Positions 12,499 through 25,149 of a stretch of 64,000 nucleotides of DNA are shown here, piece by piece. The notes under the pieces were generated by a model. It had not been told where the DNA came from. It saw only the letters and a program-made list of their open reading frames with translations, and searched no databases. Made by a program: the position numbers and the translations under genes. Each line of letters begins with the position of its first letter. The first letter of the stretch is position 1. Source of the stretch: Podarcis bocagei (taxonomy: Eukaryota); assembly GCA_964188305.1 (NCBI GenBank), contig OZ076890.1. The stretch is one strand, 5' to 3'.

Positions 12499-12749
12499 AA
12501 GAAGAAGAAGAGTTTGGATTTGATATCCCGCCTTTCACTCCCTTTAAGGAGTCTCAAAGCGGCTAACATTCTCCTTTCCCTTCCTCCCCCACAACAAACA
12601 CTCTGTGAGGTGAGTGGGGCTGAGAGACTTCAAAGAAGTGTGACTGGCCCAAGGTCACCCAGCAGCTGCATGTGGAGGAGCGGGGACGCGAACCCGGTTC
12701 CCCAGATTACGAGACTACCGCTCTTAACCACTACACCACACTGGCTCTC
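12499..12749 (-). mobile_element. Squam3-like tRNA/CORE SINE, full length and young
   Basis: The minus strand starts GAGAGCCAGTGTGGTGTAGTGGTTAAGAGCGGTAG (A box), has B box GGTTCGCGTCC and a (CTT)n tail, and retains its CpGs. Confidence 0.9.
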
Positions 12750-13624
12750 GTCACATGTTTGTAGGAATGGAGTTACAACTGTAGTCTGGGCAATGCCATT
12801 TCATGAACCTCTGAATTACCAAACGACCAGAAGACTGATAAGCACATGCTGCCAATTACCTTTATGATGCTTTCACATGCAATTACCCAATGATTATCAT
12901 CCCTTGAAACTCTTGGCATTCAGAGTTCAATTAAGAGACTTTTTACCTCAATCTGGATTTTGACAATTTTCACCCAAGAATTAATTTTGATGTAAATATA
13001 TGCCACCAGCATTCAAATGTCATCGCATTCAAAACTTGCGCAGGTTTTTATTTCAGTCCTAATGCTCTTTCTTTGCTGACAGAACATCATCCCCGGGACC
13101 AGTGCACTGAAAGCCCAGGTAACCTTTTATTCCTACACCTTTGTAGTTGGTCATGTATGTCAATGCAGAGTTCAACATTTCATGGATCATGCATAACATT
13201 TACTGAGCCTGTTTGCATAGTAAGTAGATTCTCCAGCAAGGGAGCTGACAGTGTATTTCTGTCATTAGGATTTATTAAATTGGTTATACAGGGGAGCAGT
13301 TCCACCATGAAATGGATATTCATATATGCAGTGTATGCAGCCTTTTTGAAACTACTATTATTTCTAATTGAAATGAGAATATAATATAATATTGATGGGA
13401 TAAACTGATTAATTTTTTGACCACTCCTATTATTTTAAGAGTTCTAGGTTGTGAGAAGCAGTCACCTGGGTTGCCTGCTTTCAGATCTTGGTGTGCTCTT
13501 TAGCTATATATATGCTTTTGCAGTACTGCTTGTACCAGTCACTAAAACTGGGAATACAGTGAGGAAAGGTAACAGGATAGCAGAGTAGTTTTCCTCCCTG
13601 CTGTAGTTTCATGAATATGGAGCC

Positions 13625-13825
13625 ACCCAGAGTTGTATGGTGGTTAGAGCGTTGGATTAAGACTAGGGAGACCCAGATTAAAATCCCTTCTGAGACTTTG
13701 AGGTGGGTCAGTCACTGTCTGTTGTCTAAGCTCCCTGGCAGGATGCATGTGAAGATGAAATGGTGGTGGTGAAGACCCATTCCACCTTGTGCCTCGTGGA
13801 GGAAGGGGTTGATGGGAATCGTAAT
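13625..13825 (+). mobile_element. Old MIR/CORE-like SINE
   Basis: GTGGTTAGAGCGTTGGATTAAGACTAGGGAGACCCAG...AAATCCC...GGGTCAGTCACTGTCT. Confidence 0.6.
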
Positions 13826-15312
13826 CACGATACTCTGGAGAGCACCAGGTTGAGGACTTGAGGGTAAAACTCTTTCTTTGGTAGTATTAAAGGGTTTGGA
13901 GTTTTGTTGAGTGCTTCCAGGCTTGAGGTAGAGTAGAATCACCAGTATCTCTTTCTCTTCTCTTTTCACATCCTTCGTTTCTTGAATCTACTGGCTAATC
14001 TGATCTGTTTCCATGATTTTGTGTTGAATAAAACTTTGACCACTGACACCCCTAACCGAAACAAGTACAGGCTGTCAGTACCTAACATAAAACTGTTTAC
14101 ACTTGTCATGGGCACACCTGCTTAGAAAAACAAGGATGGTGGTGGGAAATGTGTTGTAGACTCAACTTAATTTTGAGGTCAGAATAATTAGCACAGCTCA
14201 GTGCATCATGGAATTCATCCATTAATTATTCTCTCTATTTCTCTATCCATTATGAAACTTACAAAGGTAGGAAAGCTTAGAAAATCTGATGTTGACATGA
14301 AAGAATGAAATGGGCCAGATTTGTTTGAGGCACACATTTAATGATTTATAGAAATCCTTGGCAAATGGACAATTTCCCCCTGGGCTTTAAGGTGCTTTCT
14401 GAAAGGAGTCTCCCAGGGCTGCCATCTGTGTCTTCATATCCAAAACAGAGCATTTGCCCACAGCATTTTAAGGCTCCTCTTGGCTTGATTTCCTGATCAG
14501 TAATTGGGGAGCTATTAAATGGAAACAGTTTTGAACAGATTTAAGGGAAGTGGTGGTTGCCGAGTTCATTAGGAAATTGCATTTGATTTTATATCCTAAC
14601 AAACTTGCATCTGCCTCTTCCACCATATTGTAACTCTTCAAATCCACACATGTGCCAAGGATGTGCAGGGCTGACAGAATCACCATCTGTTTCCCAGTCT
14701 CAATGATCTGCACACTGTAGAGCCATAACACAGTAATTTGATAGCAGGTTTACACTGTGTGACCACCACTGCCTTGCTTGGAATGCTTTCACCTTTTCAC
14801 CTTTTGTGGGTGGCCTCCCTAGGTGCTGCAACAGGCCAAGAGATGTTGCACAGGGAGTGGTTTTTAATGTGGAGAAATTTTCAAATATGCAAGTCCTGGT
14901 CTGCATTTTGAAGCACAACAGTCCACCATGCTTTTAGTTTATTTATATTTATTTTTGCAATAGCTTTTCACCTAGTTGAATTGATAAACTGGTTTTGATT
15001 AGGGTATAAATATAGGAAAAAATAACAGAGAGCTTGCAACTGAAAATGTAGGGGTAGAGGAAATTGGCTGTAATTATCTCTTTTGTTTAATGCATTGCAT
15101 TATACCTGGTTTTATCTCTTTTAATTGTAACCAACTTTGGAATTGCGTTTAGAATGAAAATCAGGCAAGAAATGCTTTAAATAAATGAAACTGTCCATGG
15201 AACATAACATTTACTGAACATCTGGCTAGGTTATTGGCCTGTGTTCTACTTTGCCAGCTTATTCTTCTTTTAGGGGTCAAGTTGCAGGACAAATGCAGGT
15301 TGCACCATCTGG

Positions 15313-15511
15313 AACACAGAAACATAGGAAGCTACCTTATTCTGAGTGAGACCATTGGTCCATCTATAGCTCAGTATTGCCTACCCTGACTGGCAACAAC
15401 TCTTCAAGGTTTCAGACAGAATTTCTCTCCCTGATGTAGCTGGAGATGCCAGGGATTGAATCTGGAACCTTATGTATGCAAAGCAAATGCTCCACTACTA
15501 AGCCATGACCC
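15313..15511 (-). mobile_element. tRNA-derived SINE with CR1-like tail
   Basis: On the plus strand: AACATAGGAAGCTACCTTATTCTGAGTGAGACCATTGGTCCATCTA (tail) and GCCAGGGATTGAATCTGGAACC...TGCTCCACTACTAAGCCATGACCC (tRNA head). Confidence 0.8.
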
Positions 15512-15512
15512 T

Positions 15513-15663
15513 TAGAATCATAGAATTGCAGAGTTGGGAGGGACTCTGAGGATCATTTAGTCCAACCGCCCGCAATACAAGAATATGCAGCTGTCTCATA
15601 CGGGGATCGAACCAGTGACCATAGTGTTTTCAGCACCACAATCTAACCAACTGAGCTATCCAG
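15513..15663 (-). mobile_element. tRNA-Ile-derived SINE with CR1 tail
   Basis: The minus-strand head GGATAGCTCAGTTGGTTAGATTGTGGTGCTGAAAACAC...GGTTCGATCCCCGTA follows tRNA-Ile. The tail ends (ATTCTATG)n. Confidence 0.85.
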
Positions 15664-18292
15664 AAGAGCAATCCATGGTTTCATCTAGTGAAAGTAATGC
15701 ATGCCTTTGGTGGGAAAGTACCTTCCTTTCTCTAAGACATCTTCTGCACTCATTGCCTGCTCTTGAGTTCTGAAGGGTCCTTGGATAAGACACTCTCCAG
15801 AGGCCCCCTCCTCCTTGCTTCCATTGTCACCAGGTGCTGCCATTGCTTCTCCTCCTCACTGCTGTTGCCTGCTCACTTCCTGGTGAGTGAGCAAGCAGGA
15901 AGCAACTACTGCTGCTTCTCCTTCTTGTCACCATTCTCCACCTTCCCTGGGCCAGAGAGAAAGGATGGCTGAATAAGCAAGTGGCAAATGAGCAGGGAAC
16001 AGCAGTGGGGAGAATTAAGGGCCAGGAGACTCTTGACAGTCGACCCCCTGCAGAGGACTCAAGGCCAGCCCAAGATGCTTTGATGCTTGACATAAGAGAC
16101 AAAATGTCCTCCCCAATTCCACATACAGAAAACTTTACTTCACTTTCACTAATGGCAGGGCAAGCTTTAAGAGGTCTGGTTCTTAGAAGGTGTCCCGCAA
16201 TTCCTATCGCTAATGCTGGCTCTGTCTATACTCCTGTCAGTACATCTCCAGCCTCTTGTGCTTTCTCACCATTCTTCAGCCTTTTCCTCACTTCTATCCT
16301 ATTCCAGTCAGCTGTCAATCTAGGCAAAGTTCAACCTCACCCGCGGCCCACCAGGATTTAAGAATGTGTATGCATTCCATTTCAGAGGAGGCTTCTGTTG
16401 CCCTTTGAGAATTTGCAAAGGGGAGGGAGTAAATCTGAAATACATGCTGGTGGGGGGGAAAGTGCCTAACAAAAACGCTCTCCTCCCTTCCCTTAGAGAG
16501 TTTAAATTTTGCTTGCTGGTTCTCTCCAGGGTCACAATTACTTAGAATGTTAAAACAACTTCTACCATCCCTCCCGGAACAACTCCCACCCCTCCTCTCA
16601 GCAACAAGAGGAAAATTGTAGAGAAACACTACTTAATTATCACACCACGTAACTAATTAAAAGCAGAACACTAGTGTGTGGTATGCTAATGGGGCATTAG
16701 AGACCCAGCATACTCTGGTAAGGAGACACAGGCCCCCTCTTCTCCCCTTCACCTCACTGCAGGGGCTTCAAGCTGACAGGCAACCATGATGAGATGGGAA
16801 TTTATTATGCTGCATTTCCGCTCAGAACTTTTACAAGAGGCCATGGAGGTCAAGCAACTTCATTGACGCAGGGGGAGAAGAAAACACCTGGGCAGGAACC
16901 AAGAGGACGGATGCGTTACTGGAGAATGTTACGAGCAGCAGCTATTTCCTAGTGCTCTATAAAGGAAGGTTAGTTCTTTTCTTCCTTAAATATCTGATGG
17001 GAAATATATAACTCTCTGGATAAAGGTCAGCTATTCATTTCTAGATTGAGAATTGCTAGGTCTCAGAACTGCCTGCTCACCATGCCCTCCGACTTGGACT
17101 CCCCCCCCCCACCTTTCTAATTCCAGATGTGTATAGAATCGTCATTGAAACAACAGAAGGGGAGCAGAATGAAGGTCAAATATTGTAGTTTAGAACAAAT
17201 CCTGCTTCAAATATTCTTACATTCATTCATGCAGATCATTGCAGTGCTTTGATGCACCAGCTGTAGTCATCCTGATCAGGAAATGTTCATTGTTGCCATA
17301 TGTATCTGCTAAGCTTTCCCACAGTGTTTTAACTGTTTTTCATAAAACCATTTCAATGGCTGAGATACGTCTAAAACTGTCTGCAACCAACTCTTTCCCA
17401 AATCCTGCAATATGGCCTTCTGTGGTATTACCAAATATCAGTACATGAGAATGGCTTAGTGGTTGCAAATGTTTAACATCTTAAGGCAGAGCAGTATGTG
17501 TGAGCGGGATCAAACTGTCTATGCCATTTAAGACTACAAAAATCCATGATCTTCTCCAACCATGATTGGTAGAATGCCTACTTCGTGTACACAAGGTTCA
17601 AGCTTCCATCTCCAGAAACTCCAGGGAGGGCTGGGAAATGCTCCATCTTTAACCCGGGAGAGTTGTGTCAGACGGTACCAAGCTACATGGAACAATGATC
17701 CAAGACAGCTTCCTGTCTTTCTTTGTGAGACATTTTGGATCTAGATTACATCAAACAATTGAGAAAGCTATGAAGTGTGGTGGTACATATGAGAGTGGTT
17801 GAATCAGGAATGGTTCTCTGTAGTTCATTAATTGGACTTGGGAAGATAAAATTGGTATCAGAACTTCTAATGTAAATTTGCCACATGACTAGATACGACC
17901 AGATAGCAGCATTAACAACAATACTCTCATGTGTACCTGGCACTTTAAAAACACTGTGCGCACATTTAAAAGCATTTCTGCATTGCTAATTAATATTCAT
18001 GGCCTAGGCACTGAGGGTTGTATCCCAAGCTACTCTTTCTCTTAGGCAGTAGATATCCACCTGCATCATGGAATGTCCCCATCCTCTCTTCTTCTCTACA
18101 GCCTTCCGTACATCCTCAAATTTGTTCAAGAGGGTTGGGAGGACACTGGATGAGATTTTGGGGGGTGATGAGAGAGAGGGCAGTGCTGCTGCACAAGTGC
18201 AATTCCATGTGTTCAGCATTGGGTAGAACCCTGAAGCCTTGGTGAGCCTGTAATGTGGCATAAATATGTTTGTTGGTGTGTTCCAGATGGCA

Positions 18293-18621
18293 ATGGATGA
18301 ATCTATTTCTAGTTTCTGTCAGTTTCATATGTGTTCAATCCCATTTCTGCATAAACTTTTTTCTTTTTTAAAAGTATGTCCAAAAATTGTATTTTAAATA
18401 CAATTCAATCGCAATGTACACGTTTCTAAATGTACTTTACCCTAAAATATGTATTCTTTTATGCATTTTAGTACATTTTTAAGCCAAGAACTATATTGCA
18501 AGATTTAAGGGAAGTGCAAAATCTGAGTGATAATTTTATTCCTATTCGTGTAAGTTGGTTTGGGAGGTGTGAATTAGGTCGATTTGCTAAAAAATGCAGA
18601 TCAAACAATATCCATCCTTAG
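18293..18621 (+). mobile_element. Old AT-rich non-autonomous DNA element (family of 7622 and 51014)
   Basis: Ends GGATGAATCTATTTCTAGTTTCT and ATCCATCCTTA, plus shared internal motifs. Confidence 0.5.
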
Positions 18622-19807
18622 TTCCACTTACAATCTTTTGTACATTTTTCTAGATTATTATGCACTGTTTGGTGACTGAAACAAAATACAGTGACTTACT
18701 ATCTCTCTTGCTTTCTCCTATTTATGTTATACCTGCATTACTTCTAATACCACACATGGTATAGTAGAAGTGTACACACTTTAGGTGTACCATCCACACA
18801 ATTTAGTCAGAACAAAATATGTATGTGTGCATATTTGTGCACACACAAACACACCTATTCGTCTATCAAGCTCCTTAATGTGTTTTTGGAAAAATGTAGG
18901 TCATTACCCCATAGTCTTGCAACTGTGAAAGTATGCCCAGGGGACTGATGGAAGACTGTAGAATCAGCAGCATGTGGTATAAAGCCACACCTAGGCTGGT
19001 GTTTTCTGACAAACAAGTGATGTGAAGGCATGCTTTCCACCCAGTCAAAGAAAGTCAAATATATAAAATAAGCTGCAACAGAGAAAACATTATTAACAGT
19101 GGCAGCTATTAAGTGCTTACTTTATTGGTGTAAACCAGGGATGGGGAGTAGGGAACCTGATCTGACTGCTAGGCCAGATCCTTTTCCCCTAGTCCTCATA
19201 GGCAAATTTGTCAAGAGGGCAAAAGCTGTCTAGCTTTCAATCACCTGATGTCACACTGAAAAAGTGATGATCCTTGGAACTTCAAAGGACCACAGAGGGC
19301 TTGCAATGAGCCCTGCATGGTGCTCTGAAGTGTTGCAGATCACCAGGCTTGAGGCCAGCTGATGGACAGAGACTTCAAGCCTGCTTTCTGCAGCAGTTGG
19401 CTACGCAACCCAGTTTCCCATGGGGTAACTGTTGCGCAGCTGGTCCATAAGCCTTGAAATCACTACCCATTCACAGGTGGATATGCTATTAATCGACTGG
19501 TCCCACTCTCTTTACCTGTCCCACATCTGACATAGACGTCACCAGGTGTAGGACGGATGGATGTAACAGCCTGGCAAAACAGCCTTGCGCATCAAATGCT
19601 AGGCTTGATTAGGACTGCAGGCAGGAAGTTTCCCACTGCTGCCTTGTTAGCACTTAGCTAATAGTTGGCAGTATAAGTGACTTAATATTTAGACATAGTG
19701 CAAAATAGCCTCATTGAATCCAGCGCCTTGGGAGACGTTTTAAACTTAATCAGACACCAGAATAAACAGCAATAATATTTACTCATAGATACAAAGGGGA
19801 AGCAATT

Positions 19808-19857
19808 TGGATTCAGATAACAAGGTCTTTAACGCTGTGGATTCAGATAACAGGTCT
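19808..19857. repeat. Short tandem duplication, 30-bp period
   Basis: TGGATTCAGATAACA(A)GGTCT at 19808 and 19838. Confidence 0.85.
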
Positions 19858-21428
19858 GTACAATATTTCTTAGGGGGAAACAGAATTTAAAAAATGCAGA
19901 AACAAGCACATGTGAGGATTGCAAGCAATGAACATTACCTTGAGCCCTTCTCTTTTCAGTTTAGAGTACTGTGTGAGAATATTCTGGATGCTCCCTTACT
20001 TGTGAGAGGCCACAAAGTTTTAGAGAGGGTTATGTTGGTCTTCGCTTTTATACCAGGACACTACCCCAACATCCATGCATTTGGAAACTAAGAAACAAAA
20101 GGGGGTTCACCAATAGTATGTGAGTAGGTAAAGCTTTCTTCTTCTTCCATGTTTCCATGCTAGAGAAGACTAACTTGTTGAACGTCTGTCTTGTACACAG
20201 CTGTTAAATGCAAGGGTGTCTTGCTCTTTTCCATTGCCAATCCTATATCCTGCAAAGAGCTCAGGAATTATCAGTTGTAAACTAATTAGACTTTCACTAA
20301 TTGCTCTTAGGAAGCAATACAACATTCTGTACAAAACAAGGCAAAGTGTTTCAGAAGGTTGTGTGTGTTAAAAGAGATTTAATATTTACAGCAACCACGG
20401 TTCAGGTGCCCATGCTTGGATAAATTCAAGACTGAATTTTTAAACAGCAAGCCATGCATTCTAAAAGCATTTCTTGTGGACATTTATTTATACTTCGTAA
20501 TAATTATAGCAATGTTATCAGCACAGGTCAAGAAGTCACCCTTTGGGGATGGAGCAGCTTTAGCAAAAGAGGGAGATTTGAGTCTTTGACATGAATATAT
20601 ACCCTTTTAAGTGTTTATATCAGCAGCAACAACTCTCAATAATCTGCCTATTTCACACCATGGGTGAGGAAAAAATGAATCACCACTCCCCCCATGTTGC
20701 TCCTAATATCAGCTTAATAGCCTTTCCTGCATTTTCCATAAAGAACCCTAAGATGCCAAGAGAATGGTTGAAGTCAGTGGGCATGACTATGCCCAACTGG
20801 TGTACTCTGAGTAGGATTTCAGAATAAGACCCATATTGATGAGGATCTTCATTTGAATTTGCATTGTTAAAGGTGTGTTTACACACAGGGATGGGGCATT
20901 CAATTAAACCTGAACTAGAAAGAGCATGAAATCCTGTCTCTGTGGCTATCTTTTGTTTTGGGGTAGACATGCTTCTTTTCCAGTCACAGCTACGCTAAAA
21001 TCCTGAATTTCTCAATTTTCTCAAACGGAACCAAGATCTTTCTTCTTCTTTGCTTTAATCTAGAGAAAAACATCCAGAGGCACACACCTACACACTGAGG
21101 AAGAGCTAAAAACAGCTTCAAAATGAATCAGGAAGTCCTCCATTATCTGGGAAAGAGACTTCCTGAAGACTTTATGAAGCCAGTTTTGCATTCTTCCTTG
21201 GGTGCCTGTATGACTAATATTTTTCTATAGCACTCGTCAATCACAGCTCTGACTTCACCCATTAGCTAAGAACATTGAAAGGTATAGACAAGCTCATTTC
21301 TCACCAAGCAATTGCTTACTGCCTGCATATTTTGTTTTGACTCCTCATTTTGCTTCAGACCCCACTTTTTGAAAGAGCTGGATACAGACTTTTTAATAAA
21401 GCGTGTTCTCACTAAAGGAGAGCACATG

Positions 21429-22216
21429 TTGCGGATGGGGCCTAGCAAGACACCCCATAGTTGCCAGGCAGGATAAGATAGAGGGGCCTGGCAAGGATTG
21501 GCTGTTTGTGTTGCTGGGGTAAAATTGATGTTGCCAATTTGGGGGTGGGAACAGAGGTGATTTAAACAAGGTTCACAGCAAGCTGCTTTCTCTTTCGATA
21601 TGGGAACCGGATCACCCGCCCGCCCTCCCTTTTGGGCTTGTGCTTTGACCTTGCTATGCCTGTCATGGGGTCGTCCGCCTTGGTGCGGGGGCCTGGTAGG
21701 AATTTTTCCATTTGGCTGATTAGTGTGTGCCATTTGGTTTTTGCCTACTGCGTAGCAAATCGTCACAACTTGTAAGGTTGGCGGTTAGGCATTGGTTTAA
21801 ATTGGTTGGTGGAGGGGTATGGATTGGCTGTGCCTGCCCCTCCAATGCTGCTGCTGCATGGGAATTCCGTTAAAGGAATTCTGGGGCTTACCATCCTCTT
21901 GTCCAAACCCCTGGAATCGGGTGCGGGCCGCGTAAGACCCCAAGGAGCAAGCGGGGAGGAACTGAAGGGTCTGTGTCGCAGCCCCAGTTGCCCTGATCTT
22001 GTTCCTCCACACTGACTCTCGCTGGAATCCGGGAGTCAGTGCTGTCCCCCAAGGCGGGGGGGGACAGCTAGTCATAACCAATGCCTAAGCAACCACTCAC
22101 AATTTGTATGTTTAATAAAGTTGTGGCCAAAATTATGCCAAAAACCTTAAACAAAAATTTATGAGTGATGTGTGAGTTATTGGGGTAGGGGTGTTTTGGG
22201 GGACCTCAGCACGCAA
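21429..22216 (+). mobile_element. Non-coding LTR-like or DIRS/Ngaro-like interspersed element, copy A; structured, with an ENE-like motif
   Basis: GC/CpG-rich island bounded by TTGCG...CGCAA, with TATA-like TTTAAA at 21561-21566 and AATAAAGTTGTGGCC at 22114. Ordered motifs are shared with 33485-33855 and 56365-57000. No TSD found, so the class is unresolved. Confidence 0.7.
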
Positions 22217-25149
22217 AAACAAAACAAATGAATCCCTGTTTCTGCTTCTTGGTAGGTTTGTTTCTGAATCAGTAAGTAAATCACAGATCCAAACCCTGCC
22301 AGTCCCCTCTTCCCCACTCTGAAAATGAGGACTTTCAGGTAAAGTGGAAATGGCTTAGAAAGCCATCCGATATATGTGTTTGAAAATGGCTTATACAAAC
22401 ACACCAGTAAAAATGATTTCTGCCGGGATAATAGCCTAAGTTGTTGTAATGACTGAACTAGCCTGCATGCATACTCAGTGCAAATTTGTATCAGAGCACG
22501 TGAAGGGAAATATAACACTGGAAGTGTATCTAACAACCATTAGCTAATCCAAGTCTGCCTGTGTGCTCACGTAGCAGTGGTCTTAATTCTCTACATGCTG
22601 ATCCTTATTCAGGCACAATGTTACCACAAACAAACACAACAGGAAGATTTCCTGTTTGGAGGATCATTTGGGTTGGGTGGGGGACAACAAATGATGAAAA
22701 AAAGTCTTCCAAAATTGTTGCAGAGAATGAAAAACAGGGTGTTGGTGTGGCTGAAACCTTGAGCAGAAGCAGACATTTGCAACATTTTGTTACAGATCTG
22801 CTTGTATATAAATATAAATTTTAAAAGAAACCAAACAGCGCTGCAAACTATTTATAAGGGCCACATCCTTCCAAATCAGGCTGATGTTTGCTTAGAACCC
22901 TCTGGGTGAGAGTAACTCTGTTTAATTCAGTGAACAATTATCAACATGACAAGCTACGGTACCGCTGGCATGACAGGCGGACACAGAAGGGGAAGGACTG
23001 GCACTATTGGGATTTTCTCAGGTGCGAGTGGGAGCCCGGCAGGATCAGATACAGTTTGGGGGTCTTTCTTTTCAGCCTGCCATAGCACAGCCACACAGAG
23101 CTGATAGCGTGGGGCTGCTATAAAAGAAACCTATCATCACCCTCCCATCCCTGCTTCTGCTGAGGCCATCTCCAGACTGTTGGTATTTTGCAGGAGGCAT
23201 TCAAGCACGTACCAGGAAATGTAGGTTTGCATAATTAAAGTTGATTAAATTGCTCTGTCACTGTGGTGCACCAGATCCACTTTTTCAAATTAAAAAAGGG
23301 ACTATTTGCAGTTAGGTAGGTGCTGGGGAAATGCACTGAAAAGTGAAGGATGAATGACTGATTACTGGGAAGATCTGCAAACACCATGCAAGCAAATCCA
23401 GATGGATGCTCATTGTTGTATAACCTCTTTGCAAACATCAGAACCAATGTTCAGTAACGACCTGATATAGACTAACCTGCACATATGCTTTGTGTAAGCA
23501 AATCAGGATGCTCAATAAATAGGACATCTGGAGGAGCCCTGAATTACTCTTAGTAATGGGACAGTCTTTTGTAACTGGCATACATTAATTGCACGCAGCC
23601 AGTTGCTAAACTGATTTCTCATCAGCGGGTAATGCACCAGGGTCTGCAGCTGCCCTGCTGTGCCTCATGCCCCTATGGAACCACAGGCAAACCAAACAGC
23701 TTTGCTCATTGGCCCAATCTTTTTTTACTCCCATGTATCACTCTATGTCAACTCCTCTTTTGTTACTCTTCCTGCTGCATTATTTAAGTGAATATATATC
23801 TTCATTATTGCTTTCTATCAGCCTTTCCCTTCAAGGTGGGGTTGCAGGGATAGAATGTAAGGGACATCTATTCAAAATAATCCACTGTACATGTGGGCTT
23901 GAGCATACTGCAGTCATTAAAGAGAAGGCTGAACACCTTAGGGCACCCTGAAATAAGGTAGCTGATTTACTATTGTATTTTGCTCTGGGCAAGGATATTG
24001 CCAGATACTGTACAAGAAACAGAACTTCAGTTTCAAGCTTTCCAAGGAGAAAACACACTACCTATTGCATGAAGAGGTACACTCTGAGCACCCATGTTTC
24101 TGTCTTTCTAAACCCAATCCTTTAAACATTATGGAGAGGCTTAACACACACTTTGGAGTTTCTGCAAGACTCTAGTGATAATTTAGGCAGCAACTAAGGT
24201 GGCATAGCTAGCACCCACCTGACATGGGTAGCTAGCTACACAATTAAGGAAGGTAAATGAATATTCCAACCTTGCTGCACAGTTATTAATTAAACAGGAT
24301 TTCACCCCAGAGGTGGAGGCATTTGTGTAATTAATGTAACCATCTGTGTACGTGGAGGTAGTTTTGCAAAGCACTTAGAAACCCTCTGAGATACAAATGT
24401 GAGATGGTGATGAAGATGGTGATGGCAGCAGTGGAAGTTTTCTCTCTCTCTAAGTGTGGGTTTTGTCTCTGAATACAGTGTCAAATGCTACCCCACTTGC
24501 ACAAGAAAAGACAGTGACATACTGGCAACCTTCACAATGTTTAGGCTGTACATATAAAGTCTTATTAATTATCTGAATAAGGAGTACATAAAGAATGTGG
24601 CCTTTCAGTTCCATTCATATCACCATGCTTGCAGTGAGGATGAGGGTAATGATACAAAGTGTGATGTCAGTTAGCGAGGTCTGCATACAGAAACACATGA
24701 AGGCTGGTGAGTATAATGTAGCATTTGTGCCATACAATATTGTGGAAACTAAGAACAAAAGGTAGACACAATTCCTCAGTCTTCAACTCGTCTTAGCACC
24801 CATCTCAAACACCCAACCTGCAACATGGGACCCACTTTTATTTTGCCACCTTGCCTGAAATCGAATGTGCAGAAAATAAATCTGGGGAACAGTCATTTCC
24901 CTTAGAACATAGTACAGGCAGCACTTTTCTTTGTTAGATGCTGTAGTTTGTGGGATTTATGGCCAGCAGCTTCTCTTACTCTGAAGCAATACCAAAAGTA
25001 TTTTTTCCCTTTTATTTTGCAATGCCTTGCCATTTTATTTATTTCATCAATTTACTTAGGTAAAAAGTGACTAATTTTCACTTTCACCCCAATTCCTGCC
25101 CCCTGCATTTCTGCCACCCCATTGCCCAAGACAACTTGCAAGGTTCCCT

